Virus record (IMG/VR): IMGVR_UViG_3300021255_005861
Span: 96,001-160,000 of that record
DNA from: a virus
Lineage: Duplodnaviria > Caudoviricetes
Length of the DNA: 64,000 nt
Reading direction: 5' to 3' (one strand)
This document shows, one piece after another, positions 46,510 through 56,491 of the stretch. Each line of letters starts with the position of its first letter. The first letter of the stretch is position 1. Both the position numbers and the translations under genes were made by a program. The notes under the pieces were generated by a model that was not told where the DNA came from, searched no databases, and saw nothing but the letters and a program-made list of their open reading frames with translations.

Positions 46510-49182
46510 ATGGGTTTCTTCAATATTCAGCCGGAAATGGTAGCGCCCCCGAAGAAGGGTGGATGCGACGCGTGCAATATGGACAGGAGCGGGGTAGACG
46601 CCCCGTTCGTGGGCGACGGCAGGGACGGGGTGCTTATTCTCTCCGACCTTCCCGCCAAGTACGAGGAAAACGGCGAGGACAAGCTGTTCACGGCGAGGCA
46701 CTACGACTACCTGTGGAAACTGCAGGGCAAGAGGGGGCTTCCCGAATATTTCCTTGAGAAGGCGTGGCTCGGGTACGTCATCCCGTGCCACAAGGGAAAC
46801 AAGGAGCCGGTGTACTCGTGCTGTTCGGCCCGTCTTGAAAGGCTCATCAGCGAACTGAAGCCGAAGGTCATCATCCCGATGGGTCCGATAGCGGTACAGG
46901 CGCTCATTTGGAACAGGATGGCGGGGCGAATCACGAACACGCTCCCGTCGCACCTCTACGGCAAGCAGATCCCCGACCGCTACTACAACTGCTGGATATG
47001 CCCCACGTACGGGACGGAGTTCCTCTCGTGGCAGCGGGACGACCGGTGCCCCTACGACTACTTCGCCCAGCATATCCGCGCCGCGTGGAAACTTATCAAC
47101 GTACCGCTTCCCAAAATTCCCACCGATATCCGAGTGACGGGCGATCCGAAGGAGGCCGCCAAGTGGATAGACGAGATAGTCGAGTGGGGGGAGGCAGATA
47201 TCCTGGACAAGTCCCCCGAGGGGTATCACGACGTGGCGATAGACTACGAGACCACGGGGCTCAAGCCCCACCGCGACGGGCACGCCATCAAGGCCGCCTC
47301 GGTCGGGTACCGCAAGGACGGGGAGTACCATGCGATAGGCTTCCGATGGTACGGCGACTGCAAGGAACTCGTGGACGCTTGGTACAAACTGACGCACCAC
47401 GACAAGATAGGCCTCGTGGCGCACAAGGCGGACTTCGAGGCGTGCTGGACCCGCTTCCGCGCCGGCCTTAACGACGGGCGCACGGACTGGCCCACGAACT
47501 GGTCATGGGACACCTGCCTCGGGGCGCACGTCATCGACAACAACCAAAAAACCGGGCTCAAGCTCCACACGTACTGCGAACTCGGAGTGCTCGGGTACGA
47601 TACCGAGGTGGACTCGTTCCTGTCCACGATGATGACGGGCGAGGACAAGTCAAGCTGCAACGCCTTCAACCTGCTCAAGGAGCCCGTTGGCGTCCCGTGG
47701 AACGAACTCGTCTACTACTGCGGGCAGGACTCGCTGTACACCATATTTATCCGCGACAGGCAGTCCGCCCAGATGGTCGGGCTCGAGAAGCCGTTCCGCT
47801 TCTTCATGGGCGGTATGGACGCCCTCGCGAAGGTGCAGTCCGAGGGGCTGCCGATAGACTTTACCAAGATAGGGGCGCTCCAGGCCGAACTCGACGAGAA
47901 GTTCAAGGAGGCCGAGAAGGAGGCGCTATGCACTGAGGAGGCGAAGAAGTGGATGGAGGCGCACCCCGGAGAACTCTTCAACCCGCTCTCCAACAAGCAG
48001 GTCGTGGAGGTTCTCTACGGGCTATGCAAGATGAAGCCCCCTTCCGGCAAGGAGGACGCCACGGGCGACACGCTGGAGAAACTCGGGACTCCTCTCTGCA
48101 AGGCCATTCTCGGCATGCGCAGGTGGTCCAAGATAAAGGACTTCCTCAAGGGATACGAGCGCGAGGCCGTGTACGACGAGGAGAAGAAGTCCTACCTCAT
48201 CCGACCTTTCTTCAACCTGTCCACGGGCGCGGGAGGGGAGAACAACGCGGGACCGCGTACCTATCGTTCGTCCGCCGACAGCCCGAACTTCCAGAACATC
48301 CCGAAGCGCGACAAGGAGATGAAGAAACTGCTCCGTTCCCTATTCGTAGCCCCCAAGGGATACCGCTTCATGGAGATGGACTACAAGAGCCTCGAGGTCA
48401 TGGTGTCCGCAAGTTACCACCACGACCCGCAGATGATTCACTACCTGCAGAACCCCGAGTCCGATATGCACCGCGACACCGCCTGCGACATGTACATCCG
48501 CAAGCAGGACGAGCTGACGAAGGAGGAGCGCTCCTCAATCAAGTCCGGTTACGTGTTCAGTTCCTTCTACGGGGCATCCTACAAGTCCTGCGCCCTCAAT
48601 ATGTGGAACAACATGCCAAAGTACACGAAGGAGCATCTCGCCAACGACTGCGGCATCAAGACCTACGACCAGTGGGAGGAGCACGTCAAGAAGGGCGACG
48701 ACATCTTCTGGAACCAGCGCTTCAAGGTGTACAACGGTTGGCGCGAGAAGGAATGGGAGCGCTACCAAAAATATGGCTATGTGCAGTCCTATACGGGATT
48801 CCGCTGCTGGGGTCCGATGGGGTATACGGAAGCCACTAACCGGTGTATCCAGGGGAGTGCGTTCCACATCCTGCTCAAGGCATTGCAATATGACCTACGG
48901 GACATCAAGGAGCAGGGGCTTCAGTCCGTCATTATAGGCCAGATCCACGACGCCATCATCGCTCTCGTCAAGGAGGGCGAGGAGGATGCGCTGGCCCGCA
49001 TCGTCTACCGCAACGGCGTGGAGCGCGTGAGCAAGGAGTTCCCGTGGATATGCGTCCCGCTCGTAATCGAGGCCGACGCCTCCGACGTGGACGGCTCGTG
49101 GGCGAAGATGACCGAGGTCGGGGCGCTGGGACCGGACGGCATCGCGGACCGGGACTGGATAAAGAGATACGAGGCGCACTGA
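46510..49182 (+). CDS. Family A DNA polymerase with N-terminal UDG-like domain and 3'-5' exonuclease
   Basis: KPKVIIPMG, DYETTG, PNFQNIP, DYKSLE, K..YVF..FYG, QIHD. Confidence 0.93.
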   Translation: MGFFNIQPEMVAPPKKGGCDACNMDRSGVDAPFVGDGRDGVLILSDLPAKYEENGEDKLFTARHYDYLWKLQGKRGLPEYFLEKAWLGYVIPCHKGNKEPVYSCCSARLERLISELKPKVIIPMGPIAVQALIWNRMAGRITNTLPSHLYGKQIPDRYYNCWICPTYGTEFLSWQRDDRCPYDYFAQHIRAAWKLINVPLPKIPTDIRVTGDPKEAAKWIDEIVEWGEADILDKSPEGYHDVAIDYETTGLKPHRDGHAIKAASVGYRKDGEYHAIGFRWYGDCKELVDAWYKLTHHDKIGLVAHKADFEACWTRFRAGLNDGRTDWPTNWSWDTCLGAHVIDNNQKTGLKLHTYCELGVLGYDTEVDSFLSTMMTGEDKSSCNAFNLLKEPVGVPWNELVYYCGQDSLYTIFIRDRQSAQMVGLEKPFRFFMGGMDALAKVQSEGLPIDFTKIGALQAELDEKFKEAEKEALCTEEAKKWMEAHPGELFNPLSNKQVVEVLYGLCKMKPPSGKEDATGDTLEKLGTPLCKAILGMRRWSKIKDFLKGYEREAVYDEEKKSYLIRPFFNLSTGAGGENNAGPRTYRSSADSPNFQNIPKRDKEMKKLLRSLFVAPKGYRFMEMDYKSLEVMVSASYHHDPQMIHYLQNPESDMHRDTACDMYIRKQDELTKEERSSIKSGYVFSSFYGASYKSCALNMWNNMPKYTKEHLANDCGIKTYDQWEEHVKKGDDIFWNQRFKVYNGWREKEWERYQKYGYVQSYTGFRCWGPMGYTEATNRCIQGSAFHILLKALQYDLRDIKEQGLQSVIIGQIHDAIIALVKEGEEDALARIVYRNGVERVSKEFPWICVPLVIEADASDVDGSWAKMTEVGALGPDGIADRDWIKRYEAH

Positions 49183-49964
49183 TGGAACTGAACCGCATAT
49201 ACAATATTGACTGCCTTGAGGGGATGCGAGATATTCCTGATAAGAGCATAGATTGTGTTATCTGTGATTTGCCGTACGAAGTCTTGAATAAGGGTAACAA
49301 GGATGCTCAGTGGGATCGAATGCTTCCGTTCAAGCCCCTATGGGAACAGTACCGCAGGATAACTAAGCCAAGTGCAGCTATCGTCTTGTTCGCCCAGGGG
49401 ATGTTCACTGCGCAACTAATGATGAGCGAACCTGACATTTGGCGGTATAACCTCATATGGAACAAGGACCGTGTAACGGGATTCCTCAATGCCAGGAGGA
49501 TGCCCTTGCGTAGCCATGAGGACATCTGCGTGTTCTATGACAAGCTTCCGACGTACAACCCGCAAATGACGAAGTGCCTGCCGCACCAGCGCAATCATTC
49601 TCGCGGCAAGCAGGAAGGGAAACAGACTAATCGCTGCTATGGTGCTTTCGGTAAGGCTCAAGACAATATCACCGACGAGAAGTACCCACGTTCCATTATT
49701 ACGTTGCAAAACAAGGTGCAATGCAATATACATCCAACTCAAAAGCCCGTGGAGCTAATTTGTTATTTGGTAAGGACATACACGAATCCCGGTGATATTA
49801 TTCTTGATAATTGCATGGGCTCTGGAACTACCGCCGTGGCCGCTGCCCTAGAAGGGCGTAAGTTCATTAGATTCGAGACGAATAAGGAATACTTTGATAA
49901 GGCTAATGCGAGACTTCGGGAACTCACGGGGCCGTTCAAGATATTCGGGGATATAGGCATTTAG
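49182..49964 (+). CDS. Beta-class N4/N6 DNA methyltransferase
   Basis: DLPY, HPTQKP, DNCMGSGTT. Confidence 0.9.
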   Translation: MELNRIYNIDCLEGMRDIPDKSIDCVICDLPYEVLNKGNKDAQWDRMLPFKPLWEQYRRITKPSAAIVLFAQGMFTAQLMMSEPDIWRYNLIWNKDRVTGFLNARRMPLRSHEDICVFYDKLPTYNPQMTKCLPHQRNHSRGKQEGKQTNRCYGAFGKAQDNITDEKYPRSIITLQNKVQCNIHPTQKPVELICYLVRTYTNPGDIILDNCMGSGTTAVAAALEGRKFIRFETNKEYFDKANARLRELTGPFKIFGDIGI

Positions 49965-50017
49965 CCGATTTTGCCCACCTGCTATATTGAAAATCACCCT
50001 AACTAGAGGAAAACGCG

Positions 50018-50329
50018 ATGACTAAAGTAGCACTCAAGATTATCTCCGACGTCCAAGAGGTAGTGGAATCCACTATGGACAATATGGACACGATGGAAAT
50101 GAAGCAGGAGGCGTCCGAACTCCTCGGCAACCTCCGAGGCGTACTGGAGGAGGCCACCGAGCAACTCGACGATATCGCGATGGACGGGGTCTCCCTCCGC
50201 GACTCCTGCCACCAGGTGCTCGTGAACGCTGAGATCGAGAACCCCTCCGTGGCAGACGTGGACCGCCTCTACGAGGCCGTTAAAACTATTCTCGTGAACG
50301 ACTTCGGCGTGTCCGAGGCCAATGTCTAG
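50018..50329 (+). CDS. Hypothetical protein
   Basis: Follows the promoter motif; RBS GAGGA. Confidence 0.65.
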   Translation: MTKVALKIISDVQEVVESTMDNMDTMEMKQEASELLGNLRGVLEEATEQLDDIAMDGVSLRDSCHQVLVNAEIENPSVADVDRLYEAVKTILVNDFGVSEANV

Positions 50330-50429
50330 AATCTAGAGGGCGCCGGAGGCAAAGCCTAAATCCAAGGTTAAAAAATCTTTCTATTCAACCGCCGAAGGTG
50401 CCCTTTTTCTCTTTTGATGGAACTATCCC

Positions 50430-50690
50430 ATCAACTACCCACGGGCTAAAGACCCGTGAGTTTGGGGCGACTCAGGCTCATAGTTGATTAGGCTCAGTGA
50501 TAGGAGGCAACTCTTTGAACTACGTTGGAAGAATCATGGCACCTCGGAATGTTTGTCCAAGTTCCCCGCTCTGCCGTATGTCATTAAAAGTCCTGATGGG
50601 TAGGGACGGTGTGGCATACCTAGTAAGTTCTTCCAACATTGCCGATGGACACCCACAGGGGAAACCCTGCATTACCTGTTAAATCAAGTT
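50430..50690 (+). ncRNA. IscB omega-RNA (HEARO-like) scaffold; guide is the upstream flank
   Basis: gttgattaggctcag, ctacgtt, caacattgccgatgg segments typical of omega-RNAs. Confidence 0.85.
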
Positions 50691-50705
50691 AAAAAGGAAC
50701 CGAGA

Positions 50706-51974
50706 ATGGTCTATGTGCTGAACAAAGATGGCAAACCGTTGATGCCGACCAAGAGGCTGGGCAGGGTTCGTCGTCTTTTGAAGGAGCGTAAGGCCGTTAT
50801 CGTAAATTACCACCCGTTCACAATCAAGCTGACCTACAAGTGCCCCGACCAGACGCAGGAGGTCAGACTAGGCGTAGATGCAGGCAGTAAGCACGTAGGC
50901 CTGTCTGCTACCACAAAGAAGAAAGTATTGTTCGAGGCTCAACTGGAATTACGGGATGACATCGTAAAGAAGCTGGCTACCCGACGTGAATTCCGCAGGT
51001 CAAGACGAAATCGCAAGACGCGCTACCGCAAGTCCCGGTTTCTTAACCGTACCAAGACGGAAGGATGGCTTGCACCATCCATTAAGCACAAGGTATGGAC
51101 TCACCTATGGAACATCGGTAGAATCAAACGAATACTGCCTATAAGCAAGATAACCATAGAGGTGGCACAGTTTGATACCCAGTTGTTGAAGGCGCAGGAA
51201 CTTGGAACGTCAGCCCCGCAAGGTACTGATTACCAGAAGGGAGAACAGCTTGGTTTCCGGAATGTAAGGGAGTACGTTCTGTTCCGTGATGGGCATAAAT
51301 GTCGCTGTTGCAAGGGAAAGTCGGGAGATTCCGTTCTCAACGTGCATCACATAGAGTCTCGGAAGACCGGAGGTAATGCACCCAATAACCTTGTGACGCT
51401 TTGTGAAACTTGCCACAAGAAATATCATAAGGGTGAAATCAAGCTCCCAGCATCTATCAAGCGGGGCTCCAGCTATAAGGATGCTACATTTATGGGTATT
51501 ATACGTAAGGAAGTATATAGAATGTCTAGGGTAGTGAACAACACGCTTACATGCCCGGTAGACATTACCTATGGCTACATTACCAAGAACACCCGAATCC
51601 GGTATGGATTGCCTAAAGAGCATACTATTGATGCTAGATGCATCAGCGGAAACCCGATGGCTGCCTGCACCGAAGGCGCACTGATTATCAAGCCCTTGAG
51701 ACACCATAACCGACAGCTACACAAGGCATCTATCTTGGCTGGAGGCATACGTAAGAACAACCAGGCTCCTAAAGAAGTGTTCGGATTCCGCCTTATGGAT
51801 ACCGTACTATATAATGGGCAAGTATGCTATGTCAATAGCCGTAGGACATCAGGCTATTTCTCCCTTGTAGATATCTACGGGAAAGTTTTAACCAACTCTG
51901 TCAGTTACAAGAAATTGACCAGAATCAATCACAATAACTACATCATAGGAGGCGCAATTCCTCTCACCCACTAA
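50706..51974 (+). CDS. iscB: IscB RNA-guided nuclease
   Basis: PLMP, GVDAG, Arg-rich bridge helix, IEVAQFD, HNH (HHI..NL..LC..CH), HTIDA. Confidence 0.95.
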   Translation: MVYVLNKDGKPLMPTKRLGRVRRLLKERKAVIVNYHPFTIKLTYKCPDQTQEVRLGVDAGSKHVGLSATTKKKVLFEAQLELRDDIVKKLATRREFRRSRRNRKTRYRKSRFLNRTKTEGWLAPSIKHKVWTHLWNIGRIKRILPISKITIEVAQFDTQLLKAQELGTSAPQGTDYQKGEQLGFRNVREYVLFRDGHKCRCCKGKSGDSVLNVHHIESRKTGGNAPNNLVTLCETCHKKYHKGEIKLPASIKRGSSYKDATFMGIIRKEVYRMSRVVNNTLTCPVDITYGYITKNTRIRYGLPKEHTIDARCISGNPMAACTEGALIIKPLRHHNRQLHKASILAGGIRKNNQAPKEVFGFRLMDTVLYNGQVCYVNSRRTSGYFSLVDIYGKVLTNSVSYKKLTRINHNNYIIGGAIPLTH

Positions 51975-52004
51975 AGATAGGTGAGTTTCCTTGCGTATTT
52001 TATT

Positions 52005-52172
52005 ATGAACTTTTATGAACTTAAAACTAGCCTTGGCCTTGAAGACCTCGTTGCCGCACTGCTCCGCAGTGTGGACTCGGACGAGCCCAGCCTGGGCTTG
52101 GTTCTCGCCGTCACGGACGACATCAAGAAACTACTCATAGAAAAGTACCACATTTCAGAGGTATCCCTATAA
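52005..52172 (+). CDS. Small hypothetical protein
   Basis: Starts at the ATGA target motif. Confidence 0.55.
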   Translation: MNFYELKTSLGLEDLVAALLRSVDSDEPSLGLVLAVTDDIKKLLIEKYHISEVSL

Positions 52173-52173
52173 T

Positions 52174-54255
52174 ATGTCACTCTATAACGAATATCGCCCC
52201 AAGACGCTCGACGAGATGGTCGGCAACGAGGCCACGATAAAGGCCATCCGCGAGCACTTTACCCAGTCCGACCCCAAGCGCATATCCCACTGCCACCTGC
52301 TCTCCGGCCCCGCCGGGTGCGGCAAGGCACAGCCCCTCTACTCGAAGGTTCTTACCCCGTCCGGGTGGAAAGCCATGGGCGACATCAAGGCTGGCGACAC
52401 CGTGCTCTCCGGCGAGGGTACCCCTACCGAGGTTCTCTCCGTGTTCCCGCAAGGCAAGCGCCCCGTCTACGCCATCGGGCTGGACGACGGCACCGAGTTC
52501 GAGGTGGCGGACAACCACTTGAACGTGGTCAAGTACCGAGCCCGCGGCAAGTACCACGGAGAGGTGTGCTACGCCGACTGCACCGACGTCGTGACTACGC
52601 TAGACCTCATCGACATGGTAAATGCCGCCAACCGCTCCCGCAACAAGTACAGGAACGGAATACGCATCCCGAACGTGTACGTGGAAGGCCCCGAGTCCTC
52701 GGACCTCCCGATAGACCCGTACCTTCTCGGCGTGCTCATCGGCGACGGCTGCCTCAATTCCGCCTTCAACGTGAGCCTCCCCGAGGCCGACGTACGTACC
52801 CGCGTGGAGTCCCTCCTCAAGGACGAGGGGTTCGTCTTGCACAAGAGCAACCCGAACGACCCCGAGGACTACGACTACCGCATCGTGCGCGACACGGAAC
52901 GCTACGAGCGCGTGCAGGACTTGAAGGACGACCCCGACAGCCTGCGCAACCGCATCCGAGATTTGGAACTGGACGTCAAGTCCGTGGACAAGCACATCCC
53001 CGAGGAGTACTTGCTCGCCTCCTACAAGGACAGGCTGGAACTGCTCCGGGGGCTCTTCGACACCGACGGCAGCGTAGCCGTGGGGATGTCCAAGGGCAGG
53101 TACGAAACTATATCCTACGAGTTCTCCACGAGCAGCAAGCGGCTCTCCCGCGACTTTGGCAGCCTCGTCCGCAGCCTCGGCATTACGGACACGGTCAAGT
53201 CCCGCGTCCCGTACTATAAGGACGCCACCGGCAACAGGGTGGAGTGCCACATCAACTACCGCCACCACTTGAAGGTGCCCAACGGACTGCTCATCGCACA
53301 CTCCGACAAGCACCTCGCCCGCATCAAGGACAGGGAGTGCGGGGAGAATCTCACCCGCCGTATCCGCTATGTCCGGTACGTGGGGGAGGTGGAGTGCCAG
53401 TGCATCTACGTGAAGGCGGAGTGCCACACGTACATCACGGACAACTACACGCTGACGCACAACACCACGGTAGCAAGGGCGATCGCTACCGAACTGTTGG
53501 GTTGTGACCCCCAGTTCAACATTACAGAGATTAACACCGCCGACAACCGCGGTATCGACACCGTGCGTGAACTTATGGAGCAGATGCGCATGATGCCGCT
53601 TAACGGGAAGCCCTGGGCGATTGTCGCAGATGAGGCCCATGGGATGACTGCAGACGCAAAAAGAGCCTTCCTCAAGCCCGCCGAGGAGTGTCCCGACCAC
53701 GTGTTCTTCTTCTTCTGCACCACGAACCTCCAGCAGTTCCTGAAGGGGGACGAGGGCAAGGCGCTCGGTACACGCTGTACCCAGTGGAAACTCGAACCGC
53801 TCGCCCCGAGACAGCTCGGCAGGCTCGTGGACGACGTGGCGGCCAAGGAGAAGTTCGACCTTGACGCGGACGTGCTCTCGGCCATCGTGGACGCAGCGGA
53901 CGGATCGCCCCGTGCCGCACTCGTGGCACTCGAGAAGGTCATGTCCGCGGACGGCAAGGAGAAGCAGCTCAAGCTGCTCGAGGGGTTCACCAATGACGAC
54001 CCCGACACGCTTGCGCTCTGCCGCGCCCTGTGCAACCTCCGCCCGTCGTGGGGGGAGGTGTCCAAGATACTGAAGGGCATGAAGGGCAAGGTGGACTCGG
54101 AAACGGTTCGCAGGGCCGTCCTCGGGTACTGCACGAGCACCCTCCTCAATAAGGGAGACAAGGACGTAGCCCGCGTGCTTGAGGAGTTCAGCGTGGACAC
54201 CTACGCCACCGGCTTCCCCGGCCTCGTGCTCGCCGCATACCGGGCACTGCAGTAG
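52174..54255 (+). CDS. DnaX/gamma-tau-like clamp loader with LAGLIDADG intein
   Basis: LYNEYRP, GPAGCGK-[intein]-TT, DEAH, FFCTT, TRC. Confidence 0.9.
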   Translation: MSLYNEYRPKTLDEMVGNEATIKAIREHFTQSDPKRISHCHLLSGPAGCGKAQPLYSKVLTPSGWKAMGDIKAGDTVLSGEGTPTEVLSVFPQGKRPVYAIGLDDGTEFEVADNHLNVVKYRARGKYHGEVCYADCTDVVTTLDLIDMVNAANRSRNKYRNGIRIPNVYVEGPESSDLPIDPYLLGVLIGDGCLNSAFNVSLPEADVRTRVESLLKDEGFVLHKSNPNDPEDYDYRIVRDTERYERVQDLKDDPDSLRNRIRDLELDVKSVDKHIPEEYLLASYKDRLELLRGLFDTDGSVAVGMSKGRYETISYEFSTSSKRLSRDFGSLVRSLGITDTVKSRVPYYKDATGNRVECHINYRHHLKVPNGLLIAHSDKHLARIKDRECGENLTRRIRYVRYVGEVECQCIYVKAECHTYITDNYTLTHNTTVARAIATELLGCDPQFNITEINTADNRGIDTVRELMEQMRMMPLNGKPWAIVADEAHGMTADAKRAFLKPAEECPDHVFFFFCTTNLQQFLKGDEGKALGTRCTQWKLEPLAPRQLGRLVDDVAAKEKFDLDADVLSAIVDAADGSPRAALVALEKVMSADGKEKQLKLLEGFTNDDPDTLALCRALCNLRPSWGEVSKILKGMKGKVDSETVRRAVLGYCTSTLLNKGDKDVARVLEEFSVDTYATGFPGLVLAAYRALQ
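52327..53463 (+). other. Ala-initiated intein (379 aa) with homing endonuclease
   Basis: AQPLYSKV, LLGVLIGDG, LRGLFDTDG, QCI, LTHN/T. Confidence 0.9.
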
Positions 54256-54311
54256 CCCCCGTGCTATATTGGTAGACGACAATGCCTACCTTTTTTCTAG
54301 GAGAATCTTTA

Positions 54312-54851
54312 ATGGTATTCACCGACAGCCCGCTCGTATCCATCAAGATAGAGAGCCCGAACAAGACCGAGAGGCGAAACCACGCCATCGACACGATAAC
54401 GATTCATTGCACCACGGGGCAGGTCACCGCCGAGGCGCTGGGCAACCTGTTCGCCAAGGCATCCAAGAAGGCCTCATCCAACTACGGTATCGGGAGCGAC
54501 GGGAAGATAGGCCTGTACGTCCACGAGAAGGACAGGAGCTGGTGCAGTAGCAATGCCGCCAACGACCACAGGGCCGTGACTATCGAGGTGTCCAGCGACG
54601 CCAAGTCCCCCTATGCGGTAAGCGACGCAGCCTACGCCTCACTCATCTACCTCGTGGCCGACATCTGCCGCAGGAACGGGATAGCGAGGCTTCGCTGGTT
54701 CCACGACAAGAGCCTTGTGGGCAAGACGAAGGACGGGGCGCTCGTCCAGAACATGACCCTGCACAAGTGGTTCGCCAACAAGGCCTGCCCCGGCACGTAC
54801 CTGGAAGAGAGAATGTTCGACATTGCCGCCAAGGTCAACTCCCTTCTTTAG
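54312..54851 (+). CDS. N-acetylmuramoyl-L-alanine amidase (endolysin-like)
   Basis: ITIHC, SSNY, TIEV, HKWFANKACPG. Confidence 0.88.
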   Translation: MVFTDSPLVSIKIESPNKTERRNHAIDTITIHCTTGQVTAEALGNLFAKASKKASSNYGIGSDGKIGLYVHEKDRSWCSSNAANDHRAVTIEVSSDAKSPYAVSDAAYASLIYLVADICRRNGIARLRWFHDKSLVGKTKDGALVQNMTLHKWFANKACPGTYLEERMFDIAAKVNSLL

Positions 54852-54854
54852 CCT

Positions 54855-55622
54855 ATGGAACTGAACCGCATATACAATATGGATTGTTTAGAGGGGATGA
54901 AAGAACTCCCCGACAAGAGCGTGGATATGGTGTTGTGCGATTTGCCGTATGGCACCACGTCTAACAAGTGGGATGTGATTATTCCGTTTGAGGATTTGTG
55001 GTCTGCGTATGACCGGGTATGCAAAGATAACGCAGCGATTGTTATGACGGCGAGTCAACCCTTTACGTCTATGCTCATTATGAGTAATCTCAAAATGTTC
55101 CGACACGAATGGATTTGGTTGAAAAATCAAGGTAGCAACTTTGCCAATACTATCCGGGAGCCGTTTAAGGAACACGAGGAAATTCTAGTTTTCAGTAAAG
55201 GCAAATGGACGTATAACCCGCAAATGCAGGAACGTGCTGAAAGTGGAAAAGGGCGTGTGCAGTATAACGTGAAGTTCACTAGCAAGTCGTCCAATTACAG
55301 AGATTTTAAGGATAGGGATATAAACAAGAAATCGGATTTGCGGGTTCCCTCGTCGTGGCAACGATTTAACCGGGAAACGGGGCTGCACCCTACGCAAAAG
55401 CCTGTTGACCTATTCCGCTATCTTATTCGCACCTACTCTAATCCAGGTGATACCATCTTGGATAATTGTATGGGATCCGGTACTACCGCTGTCGCAGCCG
55501 TTTTAGAGCAGCGGAAGTTTATTGGATTTGAAACAGATAAGACCTATTTTGATAAGGCTAATGCGAGACTTCGGGAACTCACGGGGCCGTTCAAGTTGTT
55601 CGGGGACATTGGAAATGCTTGA
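54855..55622 (+). CDS. Beta-class N4/N6 DNA methyltransferase
   Basis: DLPYG, HPTQKP, DNCMGSGTT. Confidence 0.9.
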   Translation: MELNRIYNMDCLEGMKELPDKSVDMVLCDLPYGTTSNKWDVIIPFEDLWSAYDRVCKDNAAIVMTASQPFTSMLIMSNLKMFRHEWIWLKNQGSNFANTIREPFKEHEEILVFSKGKWTYNPQMQERAESGKGRVQYNVKFTSKSSNYRDFKDRDINKKSDLRVPSSWQRFNRETGLHPTQKPVDLFRYLIRTYSNPGDTILDNCMGSGTTAVAAVLEQRKFIGFETDKTYFDKANARLRELTGPFKLFGDIGNA

Positions 55623-56379
55623 TTTTAACGTAATTTACAACGAGGACGGGCTTGCCGGGATGGGGCGCATTCCCACCGGCAGTATCGACTGCGTCATCTG
55701 CAACCTGCCTTACGGCGGCATAAACTCGGGCAATGCCCTCTCCTTCTGGAACCGCCAAATCCCCCTAGCACCACTCTGGACGCACTACGAGCGCGTCGTA
55801 AAGCCCAACGGGGCCATCATCCTCTTCGGGAGTGGGATGTTCACGTCCGACCTCATGCAGAGCAACCGCAAGATGTGGCGGTACAACCTCGTATGGAACA
55901 AGGGGCGCACCAGCGGCTTCCTCAACGCCAACCGTATGCCCCTCCGCCAGCACGAGGACATCTTGGTATTCTACAAGCACCTGCCGGTCTACCACCCGCA
56001 GTTCACGCAGGGGCAGCCCAACCACCCACAAGGGGACGGGCCGCACAAGGACACGAACCGCGTCTACGGGAAGCTCAAGGCGAGGCCGAAGAGGGAAAAG
56101 ACCTCCGACAAGTACCCGACATCCATCATATCCGTTCCTGCGGAGCGTGATTCCGACCTCTCAGCCATGCAGAAGCCGGTAGACCTGATACGCTATCTCG
56201 TGCGGACGTACACGGACGAGGGCGACGTGGTGCTGGACAACTGCATCGGATGCGGGGCTACCGCCATCGCGTGTCTGCTGGAGAACCGCAAGTTCATAGG
56301 CTTCGAGGCGAACCCGGAGAACTACAAAAAGGCGCAAAGGCGTGTGGACGAGTTCGTGGGGCCGTTCAGGATGTTCTAG
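55615..56379 (+). CDS. Beta-class DNA methyltransferase paralog (divergent motifs)
   Basis: NLPYG, AMQKP, DNCIGCGAT. Confidence 0.8.
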   Translation: MLDFNVIYNEDGLAGMGRIPTGSIDCVICNLPYGGINSGNALSFWNRQIPLAPLWTHYERVVKPNGAIILFGSGMFTSDLMQSNRKMWRYNLVWNKGRTSGFLNANRMPLRQHEDILVFYKHLPVYHPQFTQGQPNHPQGDGPHKDTNRVYGKLKARPKREKTSDKYPTSIISVPAERDSDLSAMQKPVDLIRYLVRTYTDEGDVVLDNCIGCGATAIACLLENRKFIGFEANPENYKKAQRRVDEFVGPFRMF

Positions 56380-56410
56380 GCATTTTGCCCCGTTGCTATA
56401 TTGACACAAC

Positions 56411-56483
56411 GGCCCCTTCGTATAGTTGGTCAGTACACCAGACCCTCAATTTGGAAAGAGCGGTTCAAGTCCGCTAGGGGCTA
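56411..56483 (+). tRNA. tRNA-Glu(CTC) with C33
   Basis: ccaga-CCCTCAA-tttgg; good acceptor and T stems. Confidence 0.82.
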
Positions 56484-56491
56484 TTACTAAT

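Larger units (their letters stand above)
50430..52004 (+). mobile_element. IscB-encoding IS200/IS605 element
   Basis: atcaactaccc left end, CTAAAG-loop hairpins at both ends, ATGA after the right end. Confidence 0.88.

Noticed and set aside
50335-50406. Glycine-riboswitch-like accgccgaaggtgc inside a stem upstream of the IscB element
   Set aside because: The other aptamer elements are missing; only a closing stem followed by a T-run is supported.
18064-56483. Suppressor tRNAs (TTA or TCA anticodons) or an alternative genetic code
   Set aside because: Stem pairing fixes the anticodons as TTT and CTC, and long genes end cleanly at TAA, TAG and TGA.
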